Positions 1-11,812 of a stretch of DNA of 64,000 nucleotides are shown piece after piece. Origin of the DNA: Minutocellus sp. GHC0000111 (Eukaryota); the NCBI GenBank assembly GCA_977018835.1, contig OZ361257.1, positions 2,356,001-2,420,000 of the forward strand. The letters are read 5' to 3'. The notes beneath the pieces are model-generated. The model did no database searches. It saw only the letters and a list, made by a program, of their open reading frames with translations, and was not told the origin of the DNA. The number at the start of each line of letters is the position of its first letter. Position 1 is the first letter of the stretch. Position numbers and translations under genes: made by a program.

Positions 1-1594
1 GTGGTCAACTCCTGGCATGTTGGTGTCGTCCATAGCCCCAGAGGAAGCAACGGAGCCAGTGGACTCGCTAATGAGGGACCGAGAGCTCTTGTCGTAGGTG
101 ATGACGAGGCCGGCCTGCTGGTGCGAAATACCTTCGAGCTTCTGAACGGTACCTGGACCGCCAACCGCAGAGAAGGTGCTAACAGCCTCCTCGAGGATGT
201 CGTCAACCTTGTCATCATTGGCCTCAACCTTGCTCTCGACGGCGGCACTGCCATCAATGGAGGGCTGTTCCATCTCGGTACTATCGTCGTCATCATCATC
301 GGCAACTTCTTCCTCGTCTCCCTTCTCAGAGACCCCATCAATGGAGAGATTCAATGACGCACTCTCATCGAGATCAGCAGGACCATTCGATGCAAGCGAG
401 ATCTCGACAGAACTATCCTCCAGCTCAGACTCGCTGCCAGATTCTGTGCTCGACTCCTCCTCCTCGGGCTGCTCGGCGGCGGCAGCCTCCTCCATCTTCT
501 TCATGACACTCGACGCTCCCTCCTCCTCTGCAGTATCTTCCTCATCGGCACTGGCGGTGCGGCTCATCTTCTTGTTGGGATGTTTGACGGAATGCTTCTC
601 AATCCGTTCGCGATTCTTCCGCTCAAACTCCAACAACATATTCTGGGCCTCCGACACATGCATGAGGGGCAGCTCGTCGCACACGGCCTGATCGGAGATG
701 TGACGGAGGTACGACCGGGCGGTCTTGACGGCCTCCTCCCTCGTCATGCGCTTGGACAGCTCGTTGATGAGCTTGCGTTCGGCACGTTCGCGCTCGGCGG
801 CCGCGGCGGCGGCCAGAGTACGATTCTTCTTGTCGGTGCCGGGAGCCGACTTCATCAGCCACTGCTTCAGCTCTGACACTGGCTCGATGGGACGTTCGTC
901 GGCCTCGGCCTGCTTGGAAATGATGCGTGTGTACTGCGATGAGGCCAGGGACGACGTGGAACACGAGGCTGCCGAGGGTGAGGCAGGGACTTCAGCTTCA
1001 GCTGCAGGTGCAGCAACAGCGGGAGCGACCGCTGAGGTCTGCTTCTTCTCCGTGGTAATCAAGGAGGCTGCAAAATTCAGTAGCAGGGCGGGGAGAGGAG
1101 AGAGTGAAAGTTAGACACAAAAGGCCCAGTGTCGTATCAAGATCGTCAGGAACACAATATGTGGACCTTTTCAACTTACCAACGTCATCCAGAGCCGATT
1201 CCTCGTCGTCATCATCATCTTCTTTTTCTTCCTCTTCCTCATCGACAACATCTTCTTCTACGTCCTGCTCCTCCTGCTTCTTCGTCTCGACAACCTCCTC
1301 CACGACTGGCTCCTCCTCCACCTTCTCTTCCTCGACAGCTGGGTCCTCCATCTTCTCCACTTTCTGCTCCTGTTGCTGCACCTTCTTGACCTCCCACGGG
1401 CGAGGTCCTATCGCCGCCTTCTTCTTCGGCTGATACACGTGCCGCTGGGCCTCCTCCTTGTTCTTCCGCTCAAAGTCCATCAGAAATCGCTGCATGTCCT
1501 TGACGCGGCCCAGAGGCTTCTCGTCCGTCTCGGCCTGGGCCGAGATCTTGCGGACGTATCCGCCGCCGTTGCTGTCGTTGTTGGTGCCGGCCAT
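1..1594 (-). CDS. Low-complexity acidic protein with repeated V-x-[DE]-x-x-x-[WF]-L helical motifs; two exons, 3' end outside window
   Basis: ATG at 1594 (ORF 998..1594). GT donor at 1179 and AG acceptor at 1068 (intron 1068..1179) join to an open frame (ASLITTEKK...VSELKQWLMKS...VSEAQNMLLEFERKN) that runs to position 1. Confidence 0.6.
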
Positions 1595-2083
1595 ACTATT
1601 GGCTGTAGTTAGAGCAGAGGTAGGTAGGTGGATGGGTTATCGTTAGCGATCAATCGAGCCATGCATCGTGTCACACCGGATTCTTCGAATTCAACCATTT
1701 TAGCAAAAATGACACAAGATGCGTCACGAAAAGAAACCCAAACGTATAACTGCCACCACACTCACCGTTCTCTTCGCTCATTGCTGCTCTCCTTGGTAGG
1801 AATATGCAATCGTATTGTTTGGCTTGATTGTAGTAGGGTTGGTATCGTCTCTCTTTGGGAGATTTGACTTTGGTTTTGTGCGTGTTTGGGTTTGGCGGGT
1901 TCCGCCAACTCGCCGAATGTCGTTGCATTGTCGAGTCGAACGAGTCGAGTCCCGCTGAGAAACTGAAAATGGCGGCGATTGTTCTTTACGTACCTAGGTA
2001 GCGATTGAGTTGGATGGAACCAAGCCGAAAGCACATCGTCCTCTCCTTACTTACGGCACTTGCCCTTAGCCGTCGCAGCCACA

Positions 2084-2578
2084 ATGGGCCTTATTGGAAG
2101 AAATAGTTCGTCCTCCGACGATTCCAACGCAGCCGAGGAAGGCGAGGTGTCCGGCGCTGCCGTGGCAGGTGGCATTGCCGCCGCCGCTGTGGCCGGTCCG
2201 GTAGTAGGCGTGGCCGCCGCGGGTGTTGCGGCATGTGCCGCCCAAACGAACGACGGGGAGATCGGCGACGTGGCCCGAGCGGCCGGTGCCGTCGTGGCGC
2301 ATGCCGGCCAGGAGGCCAAGGAACTGAACCAACGGCATCACTTCACCGATCGGGCCAGGGTGGCCGCCTCGGCGGCGCTCGAGACGGCGCGGGATGCCGA
2401 CGAACGGCATCGCATCGTGGAGCGGGCCAAGACCGCCGGTGCTCAGGCCTACCGGCAGGTGGTCAAGTTCGAGAGCGACCATCACGTGCTGCAGACGTTG
2501 CGGCAGCGAACGGTCGATGGGATGAAAATCATTGGCAGCAAGTTGGTCGAATGCAGCAAGAGGGATACGACTGTGTGA
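2084..2578 (+). CDS. Hypothetical protein with Gly/Ala-rich hydrophobic hairpin (GGIAAAAVAGPVVGVAAAG...GDVARAAG)
   Basis: ORF 2060..2578, first ATG at 2084; coding-like GC bias. Confidence 0.55.
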   Translation: MGLIGRNSSSSDDSNAAEEGEVSGAAVAGGIAAAAVAGPVVGVAAAGVAACAAQTNDGEIGDVARAAGAVVAHAGQEAKELNQRHHFTDRARVAASAALETARDADERHRIVERAKTAGAQAYRQVVKFESDHHVLQTLRQRTVDGMKIIGSKLVECSKRDTTV

Positions 2579-3300
2579 TGATGAGTTTTGTGTAGTTGAG
2601 CCGCATCACCAGCGCAACAATGGGTCTTTTGCGCTCTCGGCATATGCTAGTCCACATACATGTGCATTGCAATTCATTTGCAAATGTTTTCGGGGACCCG
2701 TACGTACTTACTTGTATGTATCGAACATGTATGTAGAATGAAGACTCATCGAGTGAGCGAACTTCAGCTTCAGTAAAAGCTAATCTTAACGCCATGACCA
2801 ATGTTTCTTTATGAGTAGATCTAGCCACGTATCATACACTGATATGCATTTCATTGCTTTGAGAAGAGTACACGCGTGCAAAAGTGCAATCGTAGTTGTT
2901 ACTGATTAATTGCTTAAAGGTAAAAAATTTTCCAAAGAGGGAAACGGCAAGTGGAAAGAATTGAATGAATAGATCTAGATCTAGATCTAGTCTAGCTACG
3001 TAGTAGTACACACATGGATAAATATAATTACAAATCAGCAAAGAATGTCACTATCTAGTAGGCGAGTAACAATTTTCTACAGAGACGTTTACAGGATCGA
3101 CATAACAAGGCGAAGGAAATAGTAGAACAAGCAAAGCCTGTCGTAAATAATTACTCACAGCACCGTTCAGGTCCACTTCTAAAACCTCTTCAATGCTCGT
3201 AGTAACCATGTCCTCGACTCGAATGACGAGCCGAGAATCCGTCACTGTCATGTACATACACGATAAATGTCTCCGTAGATTTTGTTTTATTTATGCACAT

Positions 3301-4049
3301 GTTAGTCCCAAAATGCGCACTGTCCCAGTTCGCGAACTGGGATCCCAGTTTGCGAACTGAGATTCATTTATCTCCCAGTTTGCGCACTGGGCCCCAGTTC
3401 CCAAACTAGGATCTCAGTTTGCGCACTGATACTACCAGAATGGAAACTGAGATAAACACGCCAATCCGAATTTGGGAACCAGACGAGTTCGCGAACTGGA
3501 ACAAAAATGAATACCAGTTTGGAAACTGGCATTCTCGGCAAGTGTCAGAATGGTAACTGCCGGTGTTGGCTCATGCACAATGATTATGTACTGGTAGATC
3601 TATCTACAATACAAGTTGCACTGTGCATCATATCTTGAATTTGCAAGCTACATGTACTGGTACAGTAGCAACATGATGCCGGCATAGCACAGATGCATGT
3701 ACAGTTCATGACTTATATTTGCCAGAAGCAGCTAGCTAGATATTATTATTTATTCACTATGTGTATTTAGTATCAGCTAATGCAAATTATTGAGTATCAG
3801 CTCCGGCACTAATGTCGTCTGGACGTCTGGACCAGGTTTGGGCTGTGTTGCTTCACTATGAAAAAATGAAGCGAGGAGAAGCAAAGGCGATATCATCCAT
3901 GCTAAATTTTCATTATTTCTCGATTGATCCCAGTTTGCAAACTGAGATTGTGCCTGTGATCCCAGTTTCCAAACTGGGATAAATAAATCCTAGTTCGCAA
4001 ACTGGGATCCCAGTTCGCGAACTGGGACAGTGCGCATTTTGGGACTAAC
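3301..4049. mobile_element. Non-autonomous DNA transposon (MITE), copy 1
   Basis: ~58-bp TIRs GTTAGTCCCAAAATGCGCACTGTCCCAGTTCGCGAACTGGGATCCCAG...; subterminal CCCAGTT/AACTGGG palindromic repeats; ACAT on both sides (3297-3300, 4050-4053); no coding capacity; second copy at 13439..14185. Confidence 0.9.
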
Positions 4050-4243
4050 ACATACACATTGTCCCTATCTCTTCAAGATAACAACTCGATAAACCTTTAC
4101 GTAGATTCTTTTTATATATATTTATATCAAATATTCCAATTGTTGTTCGCACGACAGGAGACTGGGAGCGGAGCCATGAGCTCATTTTTTTAAGTAAAAA
4201 GGTATCGATGGATCTGGCATCACAGTACTGCTCTGTTACCATA

Positions 4244-5080
4244 CTAGCTAGTATCAGTGCATTCGGAAGAACGACGGCGAGAGGGACCTTTCGTGGCACC
4301 TCTCGTTCCACCGAGCGTCAGGCTGTCGTGGTGATTGAGCCAAGAGCCCAGCGAATAATTTGGTGCATCTTGATCGTCTTCCTGTTGCTGCTGCAGAGGA
4401 TTGACTGCGCTGGGGGCGTGAATGCCACCGGCGCCTCTTGAGGGTGTTGGCCTTGCTGATCCTTCCTCGATTGTTGTAGCAGTGTTGTCAGCAGCAGTGT
4501 GTGCTTGGCTTGTGTCCAAGTCGATGGCGATCGATTTCTTTAGAAGTTCAAGGTACTGCTGCTTGGTAAGAGTGTCAGTGGTAGTGGTAGTGGTTGATAT
4601 TCTATCGGCAAGCACAAAGGCCTCGTCGGAGGCGGCACGCGCGAGGGCGTCCTGCCTGGCCTGCCTGGCGTGGACCATGTAGACCTTGGCAATGGCCCGG
4701 CCGTCGATGGCCCTTCCCAACGTGGCCTGGCGCTCCTGCTCCCGGAAGACGGCCTCGATGGCGCCATCCTTGAGGTGGACCAGCTGCTGGAGAACCTCTC
4801 GGCTCTGGAGATGCTCGATGCCGCGGAGGGTCGTTTCGTCCTCGTTCAGAGACGGCGGTGGGATGTTGCCGCCATCCCCGTTGATGAGGATGGCACAAGC
4901 GCGAGCTTTCCGAACGTCCTTTTTGATGCCCCGGCGAATTCGATTGTAGTCCTCGTCGGTCAGCCAGAAATTGCTGCTGCTGCCGTTAGCGGTGCTCTCG
5001 CCGTCGACGACGGCGCCATCGCGATGATGGGGGCGCCCAATGGCAGAGTTGGATGGATCGAATCGAACTTGTTTCGCCAT
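4244..5080 (-). CDS. Diatom-type hypothetical protein (motifs WLTDEDY, RGIEH, AVFREQERQ, IAKVY, ALARAASDE)
   Basis: 278-aa ORF with a motif set typical of a large diatom hypothetical family. Confidence 0.7.
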   Translation of the reverse strand: MAKQVRFDPSNSAIGRPHHRDGAVVDGESTANGSSSNFWLTDEDYNRIRRGIKKDVRKARACAILINGDGGNIPPPSLNEDETTLRGIEHLQSREVLQQLVHLKDGAIEAVFREQERQATLGRAIDGRAIAKVYMVHARQARQDALARAASDEAFVLADRISTTTTTTDTLTKQQYLELLKKSIAIDLDTSQAHTAADNTATTIEEGSARPTPSRGAGGIHAPSAVNPLQQQQEDDQDAPNYSLGSWLNHHDSLTLGGTRGATKGPSRRRSSECTDTS

Positions 5081-5754
5081 GGTTCTGGATGGGATTACTA
5101 CTATGCGATTGTATTATTTATGAGGGTTATGATCAAGCAAGAGAGAACTGATATGATCACTGCTCACACCCTACCCGAGCACCCGCAACGCCATTTTCGT
5201 TTTTGGAAAGCCTCAATATGAAGGCTTATGTGTTCGATGTCGTTGTTGGAAGTTATAGATGCAAGTCATCTAAAAAGCGGCAATTTTTAAGAGGGCGCTG
5301 TCCATAACTTTTAGGAAGCCCCCAAAAAGCGTGTTTTGTGCCGTTTTTTCTTCGCACCATCGCCAAAGTTAGCACTCCAACGTGACAATGGGCTCCTCAT
5401 CGAAGGCCGCCGCTCTCCACAGTGGCGAAGAGTCATCGACGTTCCTTTCAGCATCAAGTCGGAAATCCCTCCAGGAACACTTGGTTCAGAGGAACTTCGA
5501 TGAATCAACTCTCCCTCAGAAACATGACAGTCGACGTGCACATCATCGTCGGATCGACCGAAATTAGTCTCGGCCGACGCATAACCAGCATTGGTGGTGC
5601 TGGTGGGAAGATATCTTGAAGTTTTGCTGTTGGGAGGTAAGGGGATATTTGTTTGGGGTGTTTTTGCACGTCTCCCTCATTTGGGGTTCTTTTTGTAAGG
5701 TTCTCATCGAAAAGCGCATCTTGCGCCAGAGCCGACACAAAGCAAAAAACAACC

Positions 5755-8283
5755 ATGGAAACATCACGTGCTAACGCCAAGGAGGCAATCCTCTCACTCT
5801 TGCTCTCATTCCCAGACGACGTCAGATGTACTTACTACACTATTGATGAGCTTGTCCGTATCTTGGTGCGCGGTGGCGTGTCGCCGAGCTTAGAGATCTC
5901 TCTTGTTCGATCATCTCTTCAACACGTCCCAACACGACACGAGGTCAATGTCCAACGACGACGTCCAGAGAAAATATCAGGCCTTGACGTTGCAAAGCCC
6001 TTCTACCGCTTCTCCAGAACAGCCGACAACGCCAGCCCACGCTCTCAACGCAATGGCAAGCGATCACTGCCGACCACACCTGAAAATTACTTCCAGGACG
6101 ATGAAAAGCATGGGCCCCATCTCAACGCGACACTGAAATATTATTCCGACAAGAATTCTTCGGGCGGTCGGTCATCTACTCCCACCGCCAACGCTACCGA
6201 TCGTCCCAACATCACCGGCGTGCAGCTCAACGGCAAAAGAATTGTGGTTGAGATGAAGCAGCTGTGTGACTTCGTGCAGAGTCTCCACCGATCGTGCGGC
6301 AATCTGTGTCTCTCGGCCGAGCCAGTTCGGCGTGGATTCGGCGTTACATTTGAATGGCGATGCGACAGATGCAACCAACCTTTTTCTTTTTGCACTTGGA
6401 TCGGCCAGAGGTCAGAAGTTGTGTGCCCCGGCAGAAAGCATTCTAGAAGTCAGGCTGGAATGAACTTGGAGCTGATGGAGGCAGCGGAAGATGAGGCCAT
6501 GCACGCAAGTCGCTTCATGAATTTCTGCACGAAGGCCGACATCGTCCATCCGACCGAAAAGAATGCCCGACAGGTGGAAAAGAAATGCAGAGCAGCGGCT
6601 ATTGAAGCAGCTGATGAAATCATTGACGAGAACAGGGCAAAAGCATGTGCCGCTAGCAGCAAGACTGTTGAGTTTGAACAAGGCGGCGAGATGCACACGG
6701 CGGCGGTGGTTGCGGTGGCCCAAGACGGCAGCGCCCTCAAACGCGACTACGGCCATTGCTACACTGGCTCTGCTGCAGCGGTGTTTGCCGTAGACAAGGA
6801 AACTGGCCTTGTTGTTGACAAGGGAATCTCTCAGGCAAGCTGCCACTGTTGCGTGAGAGCCTGCAATGCAAGATTGAGGGAGAGGCGGGAAGCCGGCAAT
6901 CCAATAACGCCGAGTGAGCTCAAAAACATGAGCAAGGATGAGATACTGGCCCTGTACGACCATGATGGCTTCTGCTATCGCAACTCTTCCTACTCCCCCG
7001 GTGTGGCAGAGGAGCATCTGGCCGAGAATGTTGGACGGAATCTTCTGGTCGACGATGAAGGAAGCGTGCAGGCGTGTCCTCTTTTCGTTGAGAAGCACGT
7101 TGCCGATGGCGATAGCAAAGGCATTACTAGGGCAGCAGCCGCTCAGGAAGACATAGTAGGTGATGAGTTGGCTTCTGGTGTTGAGCTTTGCCGTGACTTT
7201 AATCATCTGAGCAATTCAATTGACTCAGGCTTTCGAAAAGTTTGCAAAGGAGTTGAAAATTTTAATGCCATCCCCCGACCACGCATCAATCGGATGAAAC
7301 AGGACATTTCGAAGATTACTGATCGGTACAAGCACAGCGTTCTCGATCAGCCCGATGGTGCTGTGTCCGAGGAGGAAAAACAAAGTCATCTGGCCCTCCT
7401 TCAGAAAGAACTCCAGTCCGTCGTTCGTCACCAATGTGGCATTCACACTTTTTGCACCACCAACACGTGTGATTGGATTCGCCTCAGCATTGCTCATCCT
7501 GATTGGAGTGATGGCAAGCTCGATGAGGAATGGAGCTCGGGGAATCAATTCGATGGCGACATATTGGAGATTAGTGACGACACGATTCGCAAGATGACGC
7601 TTGAAATAACCAAGAGAATCAACAAGAATACTGCCGACTCCAACTGCAAGAAGGAATCTACCACCGGCGTCGAACAGCTCAACGGGATGGTGACGAAGTT
7701 CACGATGGGGAAAAGGCCGAATTTGACTGCTTCAGACGCCTACCCAAATGCAACAAGTAGAGCCGCTGGCCACAAGTCACTGGGTACGGAATTCAATGAG
7801 CGAGTTCTTGGAAAGTTGGGATCGAGGGATTCTCCTACCCGAAAAGATGGATTCGATGCAATTGACCGGAAGCTCGAGGGCGACCTTGCGCGTAAGCGCA
7901 CCGATGAGTACAAAAAGAGCAAGAGCGACAGCAAGCGCCTTCGAGCAGCCTTGCGAAACAGAAGCGAGAAAGACGACAAGGACTATGCGTACAAGAAGAA
8001 CAGGGCCCTAGCTGCTGGTAAGGCGAAACCAGCAAAGCCTGGCCGCAAGAAGAAGATTGACCAGCAGTGTCAGAAATGCAAGCAGCTTGGCCACACTCGG
8101 GCTGAATGTCAATGCGACGATGCTGACGACGTTGTCGTTTACGCCGGAAAGAAGCGCAGAAGCCCAGGCAGCAACAAGAAATCTGCAAGAAATAATAAGA
8201 AAGCTAAGACAAACTTCGGTGTATCGGCAAATGATGTTAGCTCTTGGATGCCGGCGATACTGAGAGAAAATGGCAGCTTGTAA
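5755..8283 (+). CDS. Kolobok-type DDE transposase with N-terminal Cys cluster and C-terminal CCHC zinc knuckle
   Basis: Motifs AQDGSALKR (D1), VADGDSKG (D2), CRDFNH, TTGVEQLNG (E); RRGFG..CDRC; CQKCKQLGHTRAEC; Lys-rich NLS-like tail; ATG at 5755. Confidence 0.85.
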   Translation: METSRANAKEAILSLLLSFPDDVRCTYYTIDELVRILVRGGVSPSLEISLVRSSLQHVPTRHEVNVQRRRPEKISGLDVAKPFYRFSRTADNASPRSQRNGKRSLPTTPENYFQDDEKHGPHLNATLKYYSDKNSSGGRSSTPTANATDRPNITGVQLNGKRIVVEMKQLCDFVQSLHRSCGNLCLSAEPVRRGFGVTFEWRCDRCNQPFSFCTWIGQRSEVVCPGRKHSRSQAGMNLELMEAAEDEAMHASRFMNFCTKADIVHPTEKNARQVEKKCRAAAIEAADEIIDENRAKACAASSKTVEFEQGGEMHTAAVVAVAQDGSALKRDYGHCYTGSAAAVFAVDKETGLVVDKGISQASCHCCVRACNARLRERREAGNPITPSELKNMSKDEILALYDHDGFCYRNSSYSPGVAEEHLAENVGRNLLVDDEGSVQACPLFVEKHVADGDSKGITRAAAAQEDIVGDELASGVELCRDFNHLSNSIDSGFRKVCKGVENFNAIPRPRINRMKQDISKITDRYKHSVLDQPDGAVSEEEKQSHLALLQKELQSVVRHQCGIHTFCTTNTCDWIRLSIAHPDWSDGKLDEEWSSGNQFDGDILEISDDTIRKMTLEITKRINKNTADSNCKKESTTGVEQLNGMVTKFTMGKRPNLTASDAYPNATSRAAGHKSLGTEFNERVLGKLGSRDSPTRKDGFDAIDRKLEGDLARKRTDEYKKSKSDSKRLRAALRNRSEKDDKDYAYKKNRALAAGKAKPAKPGRKKKIDQQCQKCKQLGHTRAECQCDDADDVVVYAGKKRRSPGSNKKSARNNKKAKTNFGVSANDVSSWMPAILRENGSL

Positions 8284-8387
8284 ACACGTGTAAAATATTT
8301 TATCACTGTAAATAAAAATGGATTTATTGTGTGCTGTTACTCACGTGCTACGCACATTCTTGTTATCTACATGTGTTGAGGTAATGA

Positions 8388-9617
8388 TTATGCATTTTCC
8401 TCTTCTTCTTCCTCTTCATCTTGATGACCAGGGATGAATCCAACATATCGTTCACCTTTATCATTTGGATAAATGAACCTAATGCAAAAGACTAGACAGG
8501 TTGGCAAGGGCTTCCGATCAAGCCAACCTCTCACATGATACACCTCAGTTGCATAGTACCAATACAGCATGTTCCTCTTCAAATTATTTGCCATGGCTTC
8601 GACTGGCATGGTGGTTGCGTAGTATTTGTCAGCGATATCCTCCAGGTCCTCCTCCGTCGGCACCAGCATTTCTTCGCAGACGCATTTCTGAAAGAAGAGT
8701 GTGCCGTACATTGAGCAGCTTCGGTTGGCGGCAGTGCAGCAAGCAGGGGGTATTGGCGGCCTCTCTCTGGTCTCGTCCCAATTACCGAATGTGTCTGCCT
8801 CCGGCGCTGCCGTCGGATCATCGTCGGCTTCCTCACAAACGGCCGCAACAAGAGCATCCGTGTCCGATCTGATCGCTGCTGATGGCCCACCATCTACCTG
8901 CAGAAGTTGGCCCATTCCAACAATATCAAAATCAACTAGTCCAATCCCAGCAGTAGAGTGTATGTCATCATATGGAGCCACATGCCATCGGTGGAACTTT
9001 GTCAATTTGATCACATGGCCCTGTTGTAGACTTCGGGCCTTTTCGGTAATTGTCAGGGCAACACGAGCGACGATAAGCTTTCCGCTTCCATCAAGCAAAG
9101 TAAGCGATGTGGTGTTGAAAGGTCGGCCGTGCGCAGCAAGAGCCGATCCAATATCGATCCGTTTCCCATGAAGTTGAAATATAGGGAAGAATTCAGGTCC
9201 GGCGTCAAACATGGGATCTTGCAATTGATCGACGATGCCGACCGTCAGCCTCAACTTCACATCAGCCACGGACAGGTTGGTAACTACGAGGCCGGGCCGC
9301 TCAGCAGCGACATCAATATCATCCCGAACATGATACTTATCAGCGCGAGCCTCGACTGCTTTGACAAGATGTTGAAGTGCATGGCCGACGCCGGGATTGT
9401 TCCATAATTCTCGTCCTTGTCCGTTCGGGTCGTTCTCCAACGTGACGGCGAGGCCCTCCAGTATCTCGGTAACAGCGTCTTTCGCTTTGTCCTCCGCCTT
9501 CTCTTTCTTCTTGTCAACAGGCAAAATCGGGCGACCGGAGTTATCTGTCTTGAGTTTCCGCAACCGCGTATCTGCGTTGTGGGCCGGGCCGGCACTATTA
9601 TCAGCGCTGCGCTTCAT
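8388..9617 (-). CDS. KolX-like accessory protein (C-terminal P2X7 ballast-like domain; central RPA70N-like OB fold)
   Basis: C-terminal NNLKRNMLYWYY..RKPLPTCLVFCIRFIYP..GERYVGF matches the KolX/P2X7-ballast pattern and is preceded by CC/CxC; lies inside the TIRs convergent to the transposase. Confidence 0.75.
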   Translation of the reverse strand: MKRSADNSAGPAHNADTRLRKLKTDNSGRPILPVDKKKEKAEDKAKDAVTEILEGLAVTLENDPNGQGRELWNNPGVGHALQHLVKAVEARADKYHVRDDIDVAAERPGLVVTNLSVADVKLRLTVGIVDQLQDPMFDAGPEFFPIFQLHGKRIDIGSALAAHGRPFNTTSLTLLDGSGKLIVARVALTITEKARSLQQGHVIKLTKFHRWHVAPYDDIHSTAGIGLVDFDIVGMGQLLQVDGGPSAAIRSDTDALVAAVCEEADDDPTAAPEADTFGNWDETRERPPIPPACCTAANRSCSMYGTLFFQKCVCEEMLVPTEEDLEDIADKYYATTMPVEAMANNLKRNMLYWYYATEVYHVRGWLDRKPLPTCLVFCIRFIYPNDKGERYVGFIPGHQDEEEEEEENA

Positions 9618-10266
9618 CGTAATGAAGAGGGGGCAGAGCGGCGATTCTCATGGTGGGGTCGAGTTTTTGTCATGCTTCGCTCGTCATAAGAAATAAGAAT
9701 AAGGGGGATTAAAACGGGGAAAATTATGGACAGCGCCCTCTTAACACAAATGACGAAGATCGTCAACTTTAACAAAGAGGCCAGGCGTATAACTCAACAA
9801 ATAACAATGAACTCAGCATCACTAGCATAGTTCCATCTTAGGATACGTATTTAGCTAGCGGAATTCTTCGAGCAGTAGCTGTTAGTAAAATGCCTTGACT
9901 ATTTATTTCTAGACGCTGCTACTATCCACGAACACGTGGGTGCCGGCGGTGGCGCATCATCGCAAACATTGTAGACGAACATTCCTAATGGGCTTCATTG
10001 AGGGGCCAAGTGTGCACAACCAATCAAGCACCTGGCAATATTTAGCTAGCACTTCCATAAGCGAATATTTGGAAATAATTGGTTGCCTTCGACATTATAT
10101 GCAATAATGATTATTTTACAGATAACTTTCTCCGACTCCCACGTGCCGGGCGTTAATACAATACTAACAATACATTAGAACATGGCAATTCAAATGAAAA
10201 CTTCCATACTAGCTGTAACTAGAAAGGCGGTGCACCAGTGAAACGGTACAAAGAAAGATGGGGAGC

Positions 10267-11812
10267 TCAGGGCCAACCAGGCATCTTATCAAAAAGAGCG
10301 GCGAAAGTGCCATCCCCGAGGCTAGAGGGCAGGAAATTTAGGACCATGAGAGTCACAAAGAGACCAAGAAATAGTTTCTTTTCGCTATCTGCGGCATTTA
10401 ACACCACCGATGGATAGTAAGCCTCTGCCAGCCTCATAGAGTGAATGGAATTGTCGTCTTTGAAATTAGAGAACATCTCAAAAAGATTCGAATAGGGCGT
10501 GCTGGTGTCGGCATCAGAAATGGATGAAAGTGGCATCGACTTGAGCGCACTTTCATTTTGCTCAAGGAAGGCATCATACGTGTGAAAGGCGTGGCTTTCA
10601 ATCATTTGGGCAAAACGATAGGCAAGGCTTGGCGAAAGAAACCACAGGTGAACGATTGTGAGATGGGCAAACAATGCAGCATGTTCTGCAATGAATCTAG
10701 CCGTCCAGGTCTGACCTCCACCGAGTTGTTCGATCATCCTCTGTCTTCTGAATTTGGATAGCTCCTGGTGGGCATGGGCCACCCTCAAATCTTCAGAAGG
10801 GCGCCAAAGGCCAAATGATTCATAAAGATTCAACATAGAAAGAAAGGAGAGATATGGTGCCCGACCAATCTTCTCCATTATGCATAGGCGTTGAATGGCG
10901 CTTCCCGAGTTCAACTTATCGTCAGGCTGCTTATAGACAAGGTCGATGAGAGGACAAAGCAAGTGGTAAGGTGATCGAAGAACGAGAGGCTCTTTTATCA
11001 CACCGAGCGATGCTTTCAAGATCCCAAGATGGAAGTTTCAGCGAGTTCAACTTGGCTCTGAGATCTACTGTCTCGTCGCCCTTGCTTGTCGTTGCCTTGT
11101 TCCTTCCCAACATGGAATCGAGATTGCGAACAAATTGATTTGTCGCAAGAGCGAAGAAATTGGGCGGAGGAGTGTAGTACGGAGCAGGATATTCTTCATC
11201 CCTGGCAAACCAAAGAAACAGCAAAAACAGAATGATATGGATCTCTTGAGATGAGGATGGAGAGATTTCGAGGAAAAATAATGCAAAAGCACACAGCTCT
11301 CGCGGAACCAAAAACAAAACTTCCAGCTGTGCTGCGGTCAACTGACGATCGCCAGTGGTCACATACCCATAGCTTCCTCTAGCATTTGGATCAGTACTCG
11401 TTATGGCGGGGGTTTCTGTTTCGTCGTCCTTGCTTCCGTCGTCTACTTTGCTCTTCACCTTGTTATCGATTCCTCCCGCCGACGAGCCCGAAAACTCTTT
11501 GTACTCCTCATACTGAGCCTTCAGATCATCCATCTTCTGGTCCAGATCGGCCTCAAAGCCATGGAGAAAGACACCTGATTCAGCAATCCCATCTGAACTT
11601 GCTTCTTCTCCTTCGATATTAGCCTGACCGCCCTGCTTCTCGTTCTGAGGAGCAAGTGCCGTCAAGATCGAGAAGCGAATCTTTCCATCACTGTGCTGGT
11701 CAGACCGCCAGCAGGCTTTGCCGTTGCTGGCGGAAGTGGCCGCAGGTACGAGGAATGCAGCCGACGGCGACGATAAATAGAGAAGGCAGACCGACCTAAT
11801 ACCAAGATGCAT
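10267..11812 (-). pseudogene. Inverted copy of the PTOX/alternative-oxidase-like gene (frameshifted, degenerate diiron site)
   Basis: Mirror of 19237..20782 with the same intron and frameshift. Confidence 0.65.

Larger units (their letters stand above)
5291..9740 (+). mobile_element. Kolobok-type DNA transposon, complete copy (transposase plus convergent KolX-like gene)
   Basis: 17-bp TIRs GAGGGCGCTGTCCATAA (5291-5307 and 9724-9740); TTAA on both sides (5287-5290, 9741-9744); two tail-to-tail ORFs. Confidence 0.88.

Noticed and set aside
2971..2996. (AGATCT)n palindromic microsatellite
   Set aside because: Short simple repeat with no further structure
3320..3530. Repeated CCCAGTT...AACTGGG palindromes resembling a CRISPR array
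   Set aside because: Irregular spacing, no unique spacers, no cas genes; these are MITE subterminal repeats in a eukaryote
5291..9740. piggyBac or Sola3 classification (TTAA TSD, GAG terminus)
   Set aside because: The DG..KR / DGDSK / C..NH / E.LN transposase motifs and the convergent KolX-like ORF fit Kolobok better; a profile search is needed for certainty
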